NCBI GenBank assembly: GCA_964420205.1
Contig: CAYQSO010000002.1
Location: 7,765 to 71,764, forward strand
Source: an uncultured Candidatus Saccharibacteria bacterium
GTDB lineage: Bacteria; Patescibacteriota; Minisyncoccia; UBA6257; JAGOQP01
Direction of reading: 5' to 3'
Length of the DNA: 64,000 bases
In this document: one piece after another, positions 1 to 9,500 of the stretch
Layout of the letters: each line of letters begins with the position of its first letter
Position numbering within the stretch: position 1 is the stretch's first letter
Program-made: the position numbers and the translations under genes
Notes under the pieces: generated by a model
Seen by the model: only the letters and a program-made list of their open reading frames with translations
Told to the model about the DNA's origin: nothing
Database searches by the model: none

Positions 1-861
1 ACCTACTATCTCGTAGTAAACTGTCATACCATCGAAAAGAAACGGATAAATTTTATCAGCAGTTTCTTTCCATACATCAGAATCATAAAAATGAGAAATC
101 TTCCTACTATTAAAATATTCATTTTTAATAACTCTTCTAGAACTATATAGCATACCATATTCTGAATCAATTACATTTATTTTTAATAATTTTAATAATT
201 TTTCTAATAAATTTAATCGCTTCTTAACTAATACTTTTCCTACTATAGCAGATGTTCCGTGATACTTCTCAGTAATTGATATAATATCATCCGGTTTTAA
301 TTTAAATATGTTTTTACCAAGCTGATCCGTATCATAATGTAATCTAAACTGTCCGTCTAATATTTTACTTTCTAATTTTTCACCTTGCGCTTTTTTACCT
401 TTACTAAATCCCGAAACATTTCTTTTAATAACATATTTTTTACATATATTAACCTTATTTATTTCATTAAACTCTTGCCCAACCTCTAATTTATCTTTTA
501 AAGACTCATCAATAAAATCTAATGAATCTAATTCTAAAAATAATCCATTCGAAGCATGTCCTCTAAATTTAACAGCCTTAATCCTACCATTATCTTCAAA
601 ATATCCTGGCTTCTCTGCTTCAGGGTTTATATTTTTCTCTTTATGTCTATATAAGTTATTATTCTTAAGAAATTTATTTGATAACTTACACTCAACGGGA
701 AAATAAATACCCATATCTCCTACTTTAGTATCCTTAGATACTATAACCAAATTACCGAAGATATTTGCATGTTGTACATTATCACAATTATCTAATAAGA
801 TAACCTTAGTTATTTGAACAACAGTTCCACAATAATTATTATTTGTTAATTTTAAATCCAT
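1..861 (-). CDS. RNA ligase, 5'-truncated by window edge (Rnl5/Rnl2-type nucleotidyltransferase with N-terminal OB-like module)
   Basis: My own translation of the minus strand from the ATG at 859..861 (not in the ORF track) gives MDLKLTNNNYCGTVVQITKV...ITEKYHGTSAIVGKV... The KxHGTS sequence is the adenylation motif I of Rnl2/Rnl5 (DraRnl-type) ligases, preceded by about 190 aa of OB-like sequence. The ORF runs off the window start. Confidence 0.5.
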   Translation of the reverse strand, partial: MDLKLTNNNYCGTVVQITKVILLDNCDNVQHANIFGNLVIVSKDTKVGDMGIYFPVECKLSNKFLKNNNLYRHKEKNINPEAEKPGYFEDNGRIKAVKFRGHASNGLFLELDSLDFIDESLKDKLEVGQEFNEINKVNICKKYVIKRNVSGFSKGKKAQGEKLESKILDGQFRLHYDTDQLGKNIFKLKPDDIISITEKYHGTSAIVGKVLVKKRLNLLEKLLKLLKINVIDSEYGMLYSSRRVIKNEYFNSRKISHFYDSDVWKETADKIYPFLFDGMTVYYEIVG

Positions 862-976
862 ATTAAACTACATTTCCTTTTAACTCATTACACACTTTAC
901 ACATTGTCTGGTAATTACCCATATAATTCTTAATTTGCACTTGTTCCATTTTTTTCCATTTTTTCTATTCCCTTCC

Positions 977-2020
977 CTAAAACACGTATTCTATTTCATC
1001 AAATTTATCATAAAGAGGTGGTGTAAAAGATTTCATCATATCTAATCTTACACTCACAGGAACAAATTTATTTTCTCTTTGTATATCTCTCTCTGTTATT
1101 ATATCATTACTTGTACAAAACACAATAGCTTTTTTGTAGTATGTATCGGGAACGTTACAAAGTACCTTATTCCTACTTTTAGAAGAAAGATTAGTTCTAT
1201 CTATTACTATATTATCATTATTCTTTAAAGATAACTGAACTCTTTCTGTAAACACACTATCTACTTTTTTGTGGTCTGCTTTTACCCACGCTTCATTGTA
1301 GTTACTTGTTCCACCCTCTTCTAAGACTATATCATCTCTAGAAATAATAGTATAGTTTTCTGTAAAATTTTCTTTCGCATAAGTTGATTTTCCACTACAC
1401 GGAAGACCTATTAACATGATAAATTCATTGTTACAATAATTCTTATCTTTTACAACAAAATATTTATTTAATCTATTAAATATATTATTGGCCTCTCCCA
1501 CAGATAAATACTGCGAAAAATTATTACTTACTTCAGTAAACCTACCATTAGAATCACAATAATAAAAATCAGCTAATGACCTAAGTAAATTTCTATTTCT
1601 ATTAAACTTCTCTTTTATCTTCTTTTCATTATTTTGGATATTTGGTAAATAAGAATGTAAACCAATAATTTCTAATATATACCTCTTACTTTCATTAGAT
1701 AAATGTAATTCGGGTTGATTAAGTATTTCAATAGCTTCAAAAAAACTTACCCCACTATGGCCGTAAAAACGTACTTTATTATCAGTCCTATCATTTCTAA
1801 CAAAACATTTCCCAAGGTCGTGTAAAAGAGCAGCTAATTGTAATCTCTCATCAGCAGAATAAAACTCAGCCATCTTACCTACTAATAAAGAATGAGTCCA
1901 CACATCACCTTCTAAATGATACGGATTTAAGTACTCACTAGAATAATGATGAGTACAACTCTTCATACTCTCTACTAAGTGCGGAAAGTTTTTATGTAAA
2001 AATTTAATATATTTATCCAT
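977..2020 (-). CDS. HD-domain phosphohydrolase fused to P-loop (polynucleotide-kinase-like) kinase
   Basis: N-terminal half has H..HD metal ligands (YHLEGDVWTHSLLV, LLHDLGK); C-terminal half has Walker A (IGLPCSGKST) and a Pnk-like kinase fold. Immediately upstream (in the transcription direction) of the RNA ligase. Confidence 0.55.
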   Translation of the reverse strand: MDKYIKFLHKNFPHLVESMKSCTHHYSSEYLNPYHLEGDVWTHSLLVGKMAEFYSADERLQLAALLHDLGKCFVRNDRTDNKVRFYGHSGVSFFEAIEILNQPELHLSNESKRYILEIIGLHSYLPNIQNNEKKIKEKFNRNRNLLRSLADFYYCDSNGRFTEVSNNFSQYLSVGEANNIFNRLNKYFVVKDKNYCNNEFIMLIGLPCSGKSTYAKENFTENYTIISRDDIVLEEGGTSNYNEAWVKADHKKVDSVFTERVQLSLKNNDNIVIDRTNLSSKSRNKVLCNVPDTYYKKAIVFCTSNDIITERDIQRENKFVPVSVRLDMMKSFTPPLYDKFDEIEYVF

Positions 2021-2498
2021 TAATTGCCCTTTCTAAAAGAGATTCGAAAGCTGCTTCTTCATTACTATACCAAGAATTAGACAACATATCTTTTATCGCA
2101 ATATCTAACATCTTTTCTAAAGTAGTTCTAGTTATATTAGCTTTATCTAACTCTTCTTGAACTCTTACAAGGTCTGCTGTTTTTTGATTAAGAGAATCCA
2201 CATCAGATTTTACTTTTGCTCTAATATTTTTTATTTCTGTCCTTAGCCTACTCTCCTTTTGTTTTAAAAAACTTTCTTTCCTAACTGCATCTCCCACCAT
2301 AACTCTTCCCGAAGTATAATCTATTAATCTTAAATCACACAATTGGGAATGAATTGCCCCCTCAGTTCTTCCAAAATATTTTGCTAATTTCGGTATGGAC
2401 ATACCATTTACAAACATATTTGTAAGTAAGTCTTTTAATTCTTTTGTCCATGGTTCCATGTGATTTCTATACTTCTTTTTCATTTCACTAATTGTCAT
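2013..2498 (-). CDS. HTH DNA-binding protein (sigma region-4-like helix-turn-helix) with C-terminal coiled coil
   Basis: MSIPKLAKYFGRTEGAIHSQL is an HTH-like segment; the remainder is predicted coiled coil. Confidence 0.35.
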   Translation of the reverse strand: MTISEMKKKYRNHMEPWTKELKDLLTNMFVNGMSIPKLAKYFGRTEGAIHSQLCDLRLIDYTSGRVMVGDAVRKESFLKQKESRLRTEIKNIRAKVKSDVDSLNQKTADLVRVQEELDKANITRTTLEKMLDIAIKDMLSNSWYSNEEAAFESLLERAING

Positions 2499-2655
2499 TT
2501 TCTTTCTCCCTATACTATTTCAAATAATAACCTAATACTAAGGAATTGAAATTCCTGTCTATTAAATCTTAAATTAATATTTTGTCCAGCCCAACCAAGA
2601 ACAGTTTCGTATTTCTATTTGTTAAGTACTCGATATCTTTTTCGTACTCTAAAAT

Positions 2656-2844
2656 CTATTGTCTTAGTTTATAAATTTCTGCTTTTGCTTTATTTGCAAG
2701 TGTTACTCCTGTCATATGTTTTACCGGTCTTCCAGTCGTACCGCAAACACTGTTCCGAAGCTTATCTTGGTAAAACACATAATAAGATAATAAACCACAA
2801 CCTTGCCTGTCTTCGTAAGGATAACTTATTAACTTCTTTCCCAT
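2656..2844 (-). CDS. hypothetical small protein
   Basis: 62-aa ORF of non-low-complexity composition in line with flanking minus-strand genes; a GA-rich stretch precedes its start. Confidence 0.3.
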   Translation of the reverse strand: MGKKLISYPYEDRQGCGLLSYYVFYQDKLRNSVCGTTGRPVKHMTGVTLANKAKAEIYKLRQ

Positions 2845-2856
2845 TTTTTCTTCTTC

Positions 2857-3033
2857 CTATACTCTTGAATATCTACTACACATTTCAAAACAAATATCTT
2901 CTTTATTATAAACTGGCTCATACATTTCAAAATTTTTACACTTATAAGCATACCCACACTTACCTTCCGGTAACGCCCTGCCCCTTTTACAGGTAAAACA
3001 GCACTTATTTTCTTCCTTTTTATATTTATACAT
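2857..3033 (-). CDS. hypothetical small Cys-rich protein (not in ORF track)
   Basis: Manual translation: MYKYKKEENKCCFTCKRGRALPEGKCGYAYKCKNFEMYEPVYNKEDICFEMCSRYSRV (58 aa, 8 Cys). It is abutted by the next minus ORF. Confidence 0.3.
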   Translation of the reverse strand: MYKYKKEENKCCFTCKRGRALPEGKCGYAYKCKNFEMYEPVYNKEDICFEMCSRYSRV

Positions 3034-3041
3034 TCTACTAC

Positions 3042-3380
3042 CTATAAGTACATAATTGCAAGATAATTTATTAAGAGATGTGCTGTATTGTCTCTAATGA
3101 TATTTATCCAAACTATCAACCAAACTGGTCTATCAGATTTATTACTATTAAAATAGTTTATTATATTATCTATATACTCACCAAATTTAATATGATCTAT
3201 TATAGCATGCGATAAACATATAACGAGCAAAGCTAATGAACTTTGTGTAATAAGTAAAAATGGTAAGATATATGTCGCAGCATGTTGTAATGCTAATCCG
3301 AAATTCTCTTTTTTACCAAGTGCCTGCCTATCTGTTTGTAGCCAATAGTCACCTATCAAATGAGCTATTAATTGCTCCAT
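3042..3380 (-). CDS. small integral membrane protein
   Basis: Three hydrophobic helices (YILPFLLITQSSLALLVICL, VWLIVWINII, LLINYLAIMYL); overlaps the QueC-like gene by 32 nt. Confidence 0.4.
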   Translation of the reverse strand: MEQLIAHLIGDYWLQTDRQALGKKENFGLALQHAATYILPFLLITQSSLALLVICLSHAIIDHIKFGEYIDNIINYFNSNKSDRPVWLIVWINIIRDNTAHLLINYLAIMYL

Positions 3381-4050
3381 CTCTTAATTCCTTTTCATAC
3401 TTTGCTAATTTATACGTTATACATGGGGTGCACTTCCCACACTCTATTATTTCTTTATTATCTAAAACAGGTTCTTCACACCACCAACAAAAATCTAAAA
3501 GACCTTCCTCTTCTAATTTATTTATTATCTCCAATTTCCTTTTAAGTGATAAAGGGAGCCTCCAAAGAGTACCTGAACACCCCACCATACGAAATGAATT
3601 ATTAATTATACTTTCTAATTCACTATAAGTATACCATATAGAATCATTATATATATAACCTAAATAAATACTGGTATTATCATCAATAAATGATAGTATA
3701 TTTGAAAACCAATAAAAAAATTGTAACCCTGAAGTAGTTCCTTGTTCTACCCAATTAATTTTAGGTAGTTTTAAATCTATTTTAACTTTAGCATAATTTA
3801 CATTATAACCTAAACTTTTTAAATACTTTTTAAACTTTTTTCTACTTTCTTCTTCTTTTTTTATCTTCTCTGATCTTAATCCCCAAAATTCCACAGAGAC
3901 ACAATTAATAGAATGCCCCTCTTTCTTACCATACTTCTTACAAAGTTCATACAATAATAAAGTAGAATCACACCCACCCGACCAAAGCAATAAGTGTTTT
4001 GTATGACCTGACTCAGGGTAATCTCCCAGATAGAAATAATTTTCTTCCAC
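3349..4050 (-). CDS. queC: QueC-like PP-loop ATPase (7-cyano-7-deazaguanine synthase family)
   Basis: PP-loop SGGxDS (LLLWSGGCDSTLLL) near the N-terminus and a QueC-type C-terminal zinc motif C..C...CGKCTPC (compare B. subtilis CGECPACHLR). 233 aa. Confidence 0.55.
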   Translation of the reverse strand: MEENYFYLGDYPESGHTKHLLLWSGGCDSTLLLYELCKKYGKKEGHSINCVSVEFWGLRSEKIKKEEESRKKFKKYLKSLGYNVNYAKVKIDLKLPKINWVEQGTTSGLQFFYWFSNILSFIDDNTSIYLGYIYNDSIWYTYSELESIINNSFRMVGCSGTLWRLPLSLKRKLEIINKLEEEGLLDFCWWCEEPVLDNKEIIECGKCTPCITYKLAKYEKELRDGAINSSFDR

Positions 4051-4110
4051 TACTTTCTCCTTTAAAACTATTAAACTAAATATATACCACTTATACTACT
4101 TTGTCAAGCA

Positions 4111-4145
4111 CAAATAAAAATCCCTTAGTAAAATTTTACTAAGGG
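4111..4145 (-). terminator. rho-independent terminator on minus strand
   Basis: Perfect palindrome cccttagtaaaa/ttttactaaggg (4122..4145), followed on the minus strand by ATTTTTATTTG. Confidence 0.45.
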
Positions 4146-4678
4146 AGATTAATTAGAAAGGATTAAAAATGAAAAACAAAAAATTAATAGTATAGGGTGG
4201 ATTCTGGTATACACACCAAGCTTTCACTACACAGTCATTCACCATTATTCCAGCATCTACCCAACTAATACTTGCAATTATTAATTGATAACAGTAGTAG
4301 AGATTTTCACTCTAAAATTTCACATCCAATACCATTTATTCTGTCTACGTAACTGTTTAAGAATGTGGCCTTTGCTACTTTAACCTCGTACAGAATCTTT
4401 TATTGAAGAAAATCTTCAATTAACCACAAGTACTTATATTTCCTTTGCAAGATATTTCAACCTTGTTCCAGATAACTTTCCTAAGATTTACGAGTCTGTT
4501 ATGGCTTATAGTTACTTACTACTTCCTTCGATTCGCTTTTGACAAAGCTATGAAGTCTATTCCAAGACTCTCTCCAGAATACCTTATGTTCTTGATCAAC
4601 ATATTCAGTCACCATACTATTAAATTTTCAAAGTTCAACTCAACTATATAAATAGCTTACCATGTTATTTAAATAAAA

Positions 4679-5572
4679 TCAACTACTTTTTAAAATATAT
4701 TTCCTAACATCTACTAACAATTTTTCTAAATTTACATGTTCATAGATTCCTGAAGTAGAAAGAGCATTAATTTCTACTACTGCTTCGCACAGGTCACTGC
4801 CACTTGCCCAATAACAAACATCTATAGTGAAGCAATCTAAATCTATATTATGTATAATTTCTTCTACGTTTTCAAAAGTAGATTTAAATGGCTTTGGATC
4901 TATTGCAACAGTATTGTTTACATATAATGAATAAGTAGAAATCTTCTTACCTACTATATAAAACCTGTATTCATACATTATTTCTTTTTCAGTAGATAAA
5001 ACAAGAATTGTATCTTTACTTACTCTAAGGTTATTTAATTTCATCTTCATATCAAATGGACCAAAAGCAACAAATGATTCAAAAATCTTATCGCCTCTAT
5101 CTGGTTTTACAAAAATCCCATTTTTATGTTTCTTAGTATGGGATAGAATACGATCATAATCATGATAAAACTGCTCATAAAAATCCCCCATTAAAGTCCA
5201 CGCTGGTACAAATAAACAATCTTTATTTAATAAAAATTGTTTAAGAATATTGTAATACCTGCTTACGTTATAAAACTCATCAAAACCATAAAATAAAAAA
5301 TTATACCTCTTACCAATACTAGGATAATTTTCAAAATCTATATGTTCTGTAAGCTTTCTAATATTTTGAATACTTGTAAAACCTGTATACAACTGATCTT
5401 TTTTAATGCTAGGGAATTGGTATCTTAAATTATTTGGGCTACTAAAACAAGTTTGCATATCATAAACTTGTCTACTTTTATCACCAAAAGATTTTATTAT
5501 TTGTTTAACTTCCTTAAACTGTTCTTTAGATGAAAATATTATATCTTGTAAAAACCATGTAATCTTAGACAT
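4679..5572 (-). CDS. ATP-grasp family protein
   Basis: C-terminal CEAVVEINALSTSG resembles the ATP-grasp E-x-N/Mg motif; GIFVKPDRGDKIFESF resembles the ATP-grasp lysine loop. 297 aa. Confidence 0.4.
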   Translation of the reverse strand: MSKITWFLQDIIFSSKEQFKEVKQIIKSFGDKSRQVYDMQTCFSSPNNLRYQFPSIKKDQLYTGFTSIQNIRKLTEHIDFENYPSIGKRYNFLFYGFDEFYNVSRYYNILKQFLLNKDCLFVPAWTLMGDFYEQFYHDYDRILSHTKKHKNGIFVKPDRGDKIFESFVAFGPFDMKMKLNNLRVSKDTILVLSTEKEIMYEYRFYIVGKKISTYSLYVNNTVAIDPKPFKSTFENVEEIIHNIDLDCFTIDVCYWASGSDLCEAVVEINALSTSGIYEHVNLEKLLVDVRKYILKSS

Positions 5573-5891
5573 TACTATTTTCCACTATTTAATATTACTA
5601 TAAATTAAAACACAGGTTAAAAGACTTGAACTCTTACTAAACGGGTTGGAGCCGTTTGTGCTACCGATTACACCAAACCTGCAAAATAAAACAGTAGTTT
5701 TTCATCAATACGGAACTATAAAACTACCAAAAATAGTCAGCGATTCTTTAACTAGTATTATTCGCTTAGGAACTTTGTTCAAAGTCTTAACAACCTTTAT
5801 CTTGTTAAGCACTTATCTAGAACAGGGAGAAACACTACCGTCTATTAATATTATAATAGCAAATTAAATATACTATGTCAAGCCTAAATTT

Positions 5892-6539
5892 TTAAAATTC
5901 TATCCCTTTTCTCGCAGGAATGGTTATTAACGTTGCCCCGCAATTAGGACAATAATTACTCCTATATTCAAAACTTCTTTTACAGACCTCACAATGCTTA
6001 TCGAAATAATGTTTAACACATCTAATGTCTGAAAATAAATCTGATATGTCTTTTATTTTATCATATAAAGAGTCTGACCATATCCTACCCGTTAAAACAA
6101 GCTCAAGATTAGATGGTTTTTCTCTTATAAAATCAAAAAACTGTTTCTGAGTAAGTAACCCAAGATTTAAAGCAGGTAATACTTCATCTAAAATCAAGAT
6201 ATTGAACGGGTGCTCATTATTTTCAGTGAGGGTTAGTTTTTCTACCATCAACGACCACGTATTTTGAACGAGCTCTTTATCTTCAGAAGTTTTATTATGT
6301 TCCATTACAATTCTATTAGAGTTATGAGACTGGATTATTGTTATTTTATCTTGGAAAAGACCACACGTCTTTATTTCACCATACTCTGTGTTGTCATCCC
6401 CTTTTAAAAATTGAACAATAAAAACTTTCCAATTTTTAGCTATTGACCGAAACGCAAGTCCAAAAGCACTAGTAGTCTTCCCTTTCCCTGAACCCGTATA
6501 GGTTTGTATGAACCCGTGATTTTTTAATTCATGTCCCAA
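5892..6539 (-). CDS. cobA: ATP:cob(I)alamin adenosyltransferase (CobA/BtuR/CobO family) with C-terminal zinc-ribbon extension
   Basis: TYTGSGKGKTTSAFGLAFRSI...VFIVQFLKG matches the CobA P-loop (TGNGKGKTTAAFG...VVQFIKG). ILILDEV and LVLTGR...VKHYFD match the remaining CobA blocks. An extra CEVCKRSF...CPNCG lies at the C-terminus. Confidence 0.8.
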   Translation of the reverse strand: MGHELKNHGFIQTYTGSGKGKTTSAFGLAFRSIAKNWKVFIVQFLKGDDNTEYGEIKTCGLFQDKITIIQSHNSNRIVMEHNKTSEDKELVQNTWSLMVEKLTLTENNEHPFNILILDEVLPALNLGLLTQKQFFDFIREKPSNLELVLTGRIWSDSLYDKIKDISDLFSDIRCVKHYFDKHCEVCKRSFEYRSNYCPNCGATLITIPARKGIEF

Positions 6540-6556
6540 AATCCATACCTACCTTT

Positions 6557-9500
6557 CTAACGTATGGGGCATACCCCATTTTCACAATCACTACCTAAAT
6601 CATCATCTAAATTATATTGTTTTTCATATTTAGCTATCAATTCGGGTGTTATTTTACCAAATTGTTTATTTAACTTATTATATTCTTCTTCTGTAATTGC
6701 TTCATAAGGGGCTAAAGGGTATTTAGCATCATACAAAGGTAAAAAAGATATTCCAACAAAATCATCCCAATTCTCATAAACCCAATCTATTACACCTGCC
6801 CATTCATTATCTCGAACAGTAACCGTGATAGATGTGTTATGGTCTGTGTAATTTCTCATGAACATTTTATAAGTTTCTAATTGTTCTATTGCACTAATAT
6901 CATATTTATTTTTACCTTCGGGTGACTTTACATAAAAATCTATTACATTAGTATCACAAGTTTCAGGGTCCTGTCCTACTTCAGGTGATATATTATATCC
7001 CAATTCTTCTGCTACTTTTAATAAAGGGTCCCCTGAATTAATTCGCACTCTTCTAATATAGTAAGGGGAGTGTGAATGATGAACACCCGGAGATATAGTG
7101 GGAAGTAAACTAAGTGTTCCAGAAGGTTTAATTGTAGTGACTAACTTAGGGGTATTTCTTCCTAGGGAATTTGCTATTTTAGTTGCTTCCGTACGTGCTG
7201 TTTCTCTTAGGAGTTTTAAAATAGATACTTGGTTCTCTTCCGACTTATCGTAGAGTAAATTCACTGCGTCTTGCCACCCACTTAAAGCTACCCCTAGTAA
7301 CATATGTTCTTCTTGGACTTTTTTCCATTCTGGTAACTCAATATTTACACAAGCCATTCTATACGAAGCACGTGTAAACGTCCTAACAGCATTTAATATT
7401 TCTTCATTAAGCTCCCCATCTTTTACAAAAGATTTTACATTAATCTCTACTAAATTACAAAATCCTTTAGAAGGTAAAAGTATCTCACAATTATGAACCA
7501 TAAAACCATTTACTATGCCCCAATGAGATAAAGGTTCTTCGAAATCAAAAACATCATGCTCCCCTATATGAGAAATATCTTCTATCGTAACAGTATTATA
7601 GTCACGTATTGAATCATTTTTCTTACAGTAAGACTGAAAAATCAAGCATTTACCTTTTAAATCCTTTGCTTTGCAATTTGAACCATCCTCAAGCATAAAA
7701 ATATGGTCTTCTGTACATTTTATAATTCTATTATTAGACATTTTTAACCTAATACAAGGTTTACGACCAGTAAACCAAACTTTGCCTTGTGATATATTTC
7801 CATCAGCATTTATTATATCTATTTGCTTCTCATTCAGTTCTTTAAAAGTTTTATAACCTTTTGATGTCAATAATTTCATATCCCCCGTAAAACAACAGGG
7901 ATTTAGCCCTTCCATAGTAGGGAGTCTACGTTGAGCCTCTTGTTTATTAATAAAGCCAGGTTCACCTGTAGTTTTTATACTGTTAAATATTTCTACCAAC
8001 TCTTCTTTCGACGGTCTTTTATTGAATAGAATACTATTGTTGCTCGATACCCTATGTGTTTTGTTTGGGTCAGATACCCACGCACCATCTTCATTTTGAT
8101 AGTAAATACCTTGTTTAGCCAGTCTCACGTCTTCATCGTCTTTATCAAATAAACAAACTAATGCAGTCCTTCTTACACCCCCAACCTGAACTGCGCATCC
8201 TACTAAATTACATATATCTAAAATGTCTATAGTTTTTAAACTACCATTAGACCTACTTACAATACCTATAATTTTCTCAAACAATATTTTAAGGGGGACA
8301 TGCCCACTTGCATAACCACCAAAAGTTTTTAAGGGGGCGCCTTCAGGTCTAACATTATCGAAGTCTACTAATATAGTAGATAATAGAGGGTTCTCTAAAC
8401 ATTTGAACAAGTACCTTAAGGCACCTACCCAACCCTCCTTAGAATCCCCTACAACAATAGTAGCGACGTTACCTGTGGTTTGTAATGTACTAAACTCTTC
8501 TTTATCTATTTTTTCAGAATATTCTTTAGATAATATTCTAATACTTGTATTTAAATTAGAAAAAGCACTAATATTTTCTATTACATCTAAAAAACCAACC
8601 CCACAACCTAATAAGAGGAGATAAAATAACTCACAGATATCTTCTGTATTATCTATTTTTGTAAAAGAACAATTTTTAGTCAATATATTATTCGCCAGAG
8701 TAAATGATTCTGTTTCTGGTTCAACAACACACCAAACATCTTCTATAATATCTGTTTCTTCTACACCTTTCACAACCCACGAAGGTTCAAAACTTGTTTC
8801 TTTTACACTTGACTTATGTTTACTATTCAAAAAGAAATCATCTGGTACATGTTTTGAATATAAATTCAATCTATAATTCGGAGCGTATTCTCCAGTATAC
8901 GGTGAAAGTTCTCTATTTAATTCAACTTTTCCACAATCAATACCTAATATAGAAAATATACTTTTAATATGGTCTAATGTGTTTTTATTAGAATTACTTA
9001 TTGAGATATTACTCTTGTAATAAGACCCATCTGTGGCAAATAAGCCCATCACAAACCCCATTAAATATTCCACATTAGAGTTCAGAGATGGGAGATTTTT
9101 CCATGTATTTGGTAGGCCATATATCACTTTCTGGTTATATTTTCCAGCGGTACATTGAGACCCTGTTGTAAAATATAATGCAAGTTCCTGCTTATTATCT
9201 ACTAAATGAACCCTACAATGGTTCATTTTTTTATTATATGTCCCATCTCCAAAAACCATACCATGTTGTATCCCAACAGAACACGGAACTATATTAGTTT
9301 GTTCATATCTTCTTTTCTCTCTCAAAATATCGCCATTTTTTAACTCATTAGTAGTCTTAACAATAAATTTTTTCTCAGACTTGTACCTTTTTACATACCA
9401 CCTATGATTTTCTGTAGTGTAAATAATATCTTCTCTTTTACCTCTACCAACAATCAACTTTACCAATTTAGACTTTCCGAAATTTCTAATAGTAGCAGTT

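Noticed and set aside
2619-2996. Plus-strand 125-aa ORF
   Set aside because: Low-complexity hydrophobic and Tyr-rich translation; fully antisense to two compact minus-strand ORFs in a genome where all credible genes are on the minus strand.
3260-3628. Plus-strand 122-aa ORF
   Set aside because: Antisense to the QueC-like gene and membrane-protein gene; no motifs; typical shadow ORF in AT-rich DNA.
4445-4651. Plus-strand 68-aa ORF in the ORF-free tract
   Set aside because: No RBS-like sequence, opposite to the genome-wide transcription direction, hydrophobic low-complexity product; the tract is more likely a non-coding RNA or UTR.
4150-4680. Searched for tRNA genes in this tract
   Set aside because: No GTTC-type T-loop, acceptor or anticodon cloverleaf could be assembled by eye on either strand. 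The same check was negative for 5573..5891 and 20580..20705. Requires tRNAscan-SE to be definitive.
5646-5867. Plus-strand 73-aa ORF with TTG start in the 5573..5891 gap
   Set aside because: Alternative start codon, no RBS, wrong strand; kept only as a note that this 320-nt gap is otherwise non-coding.
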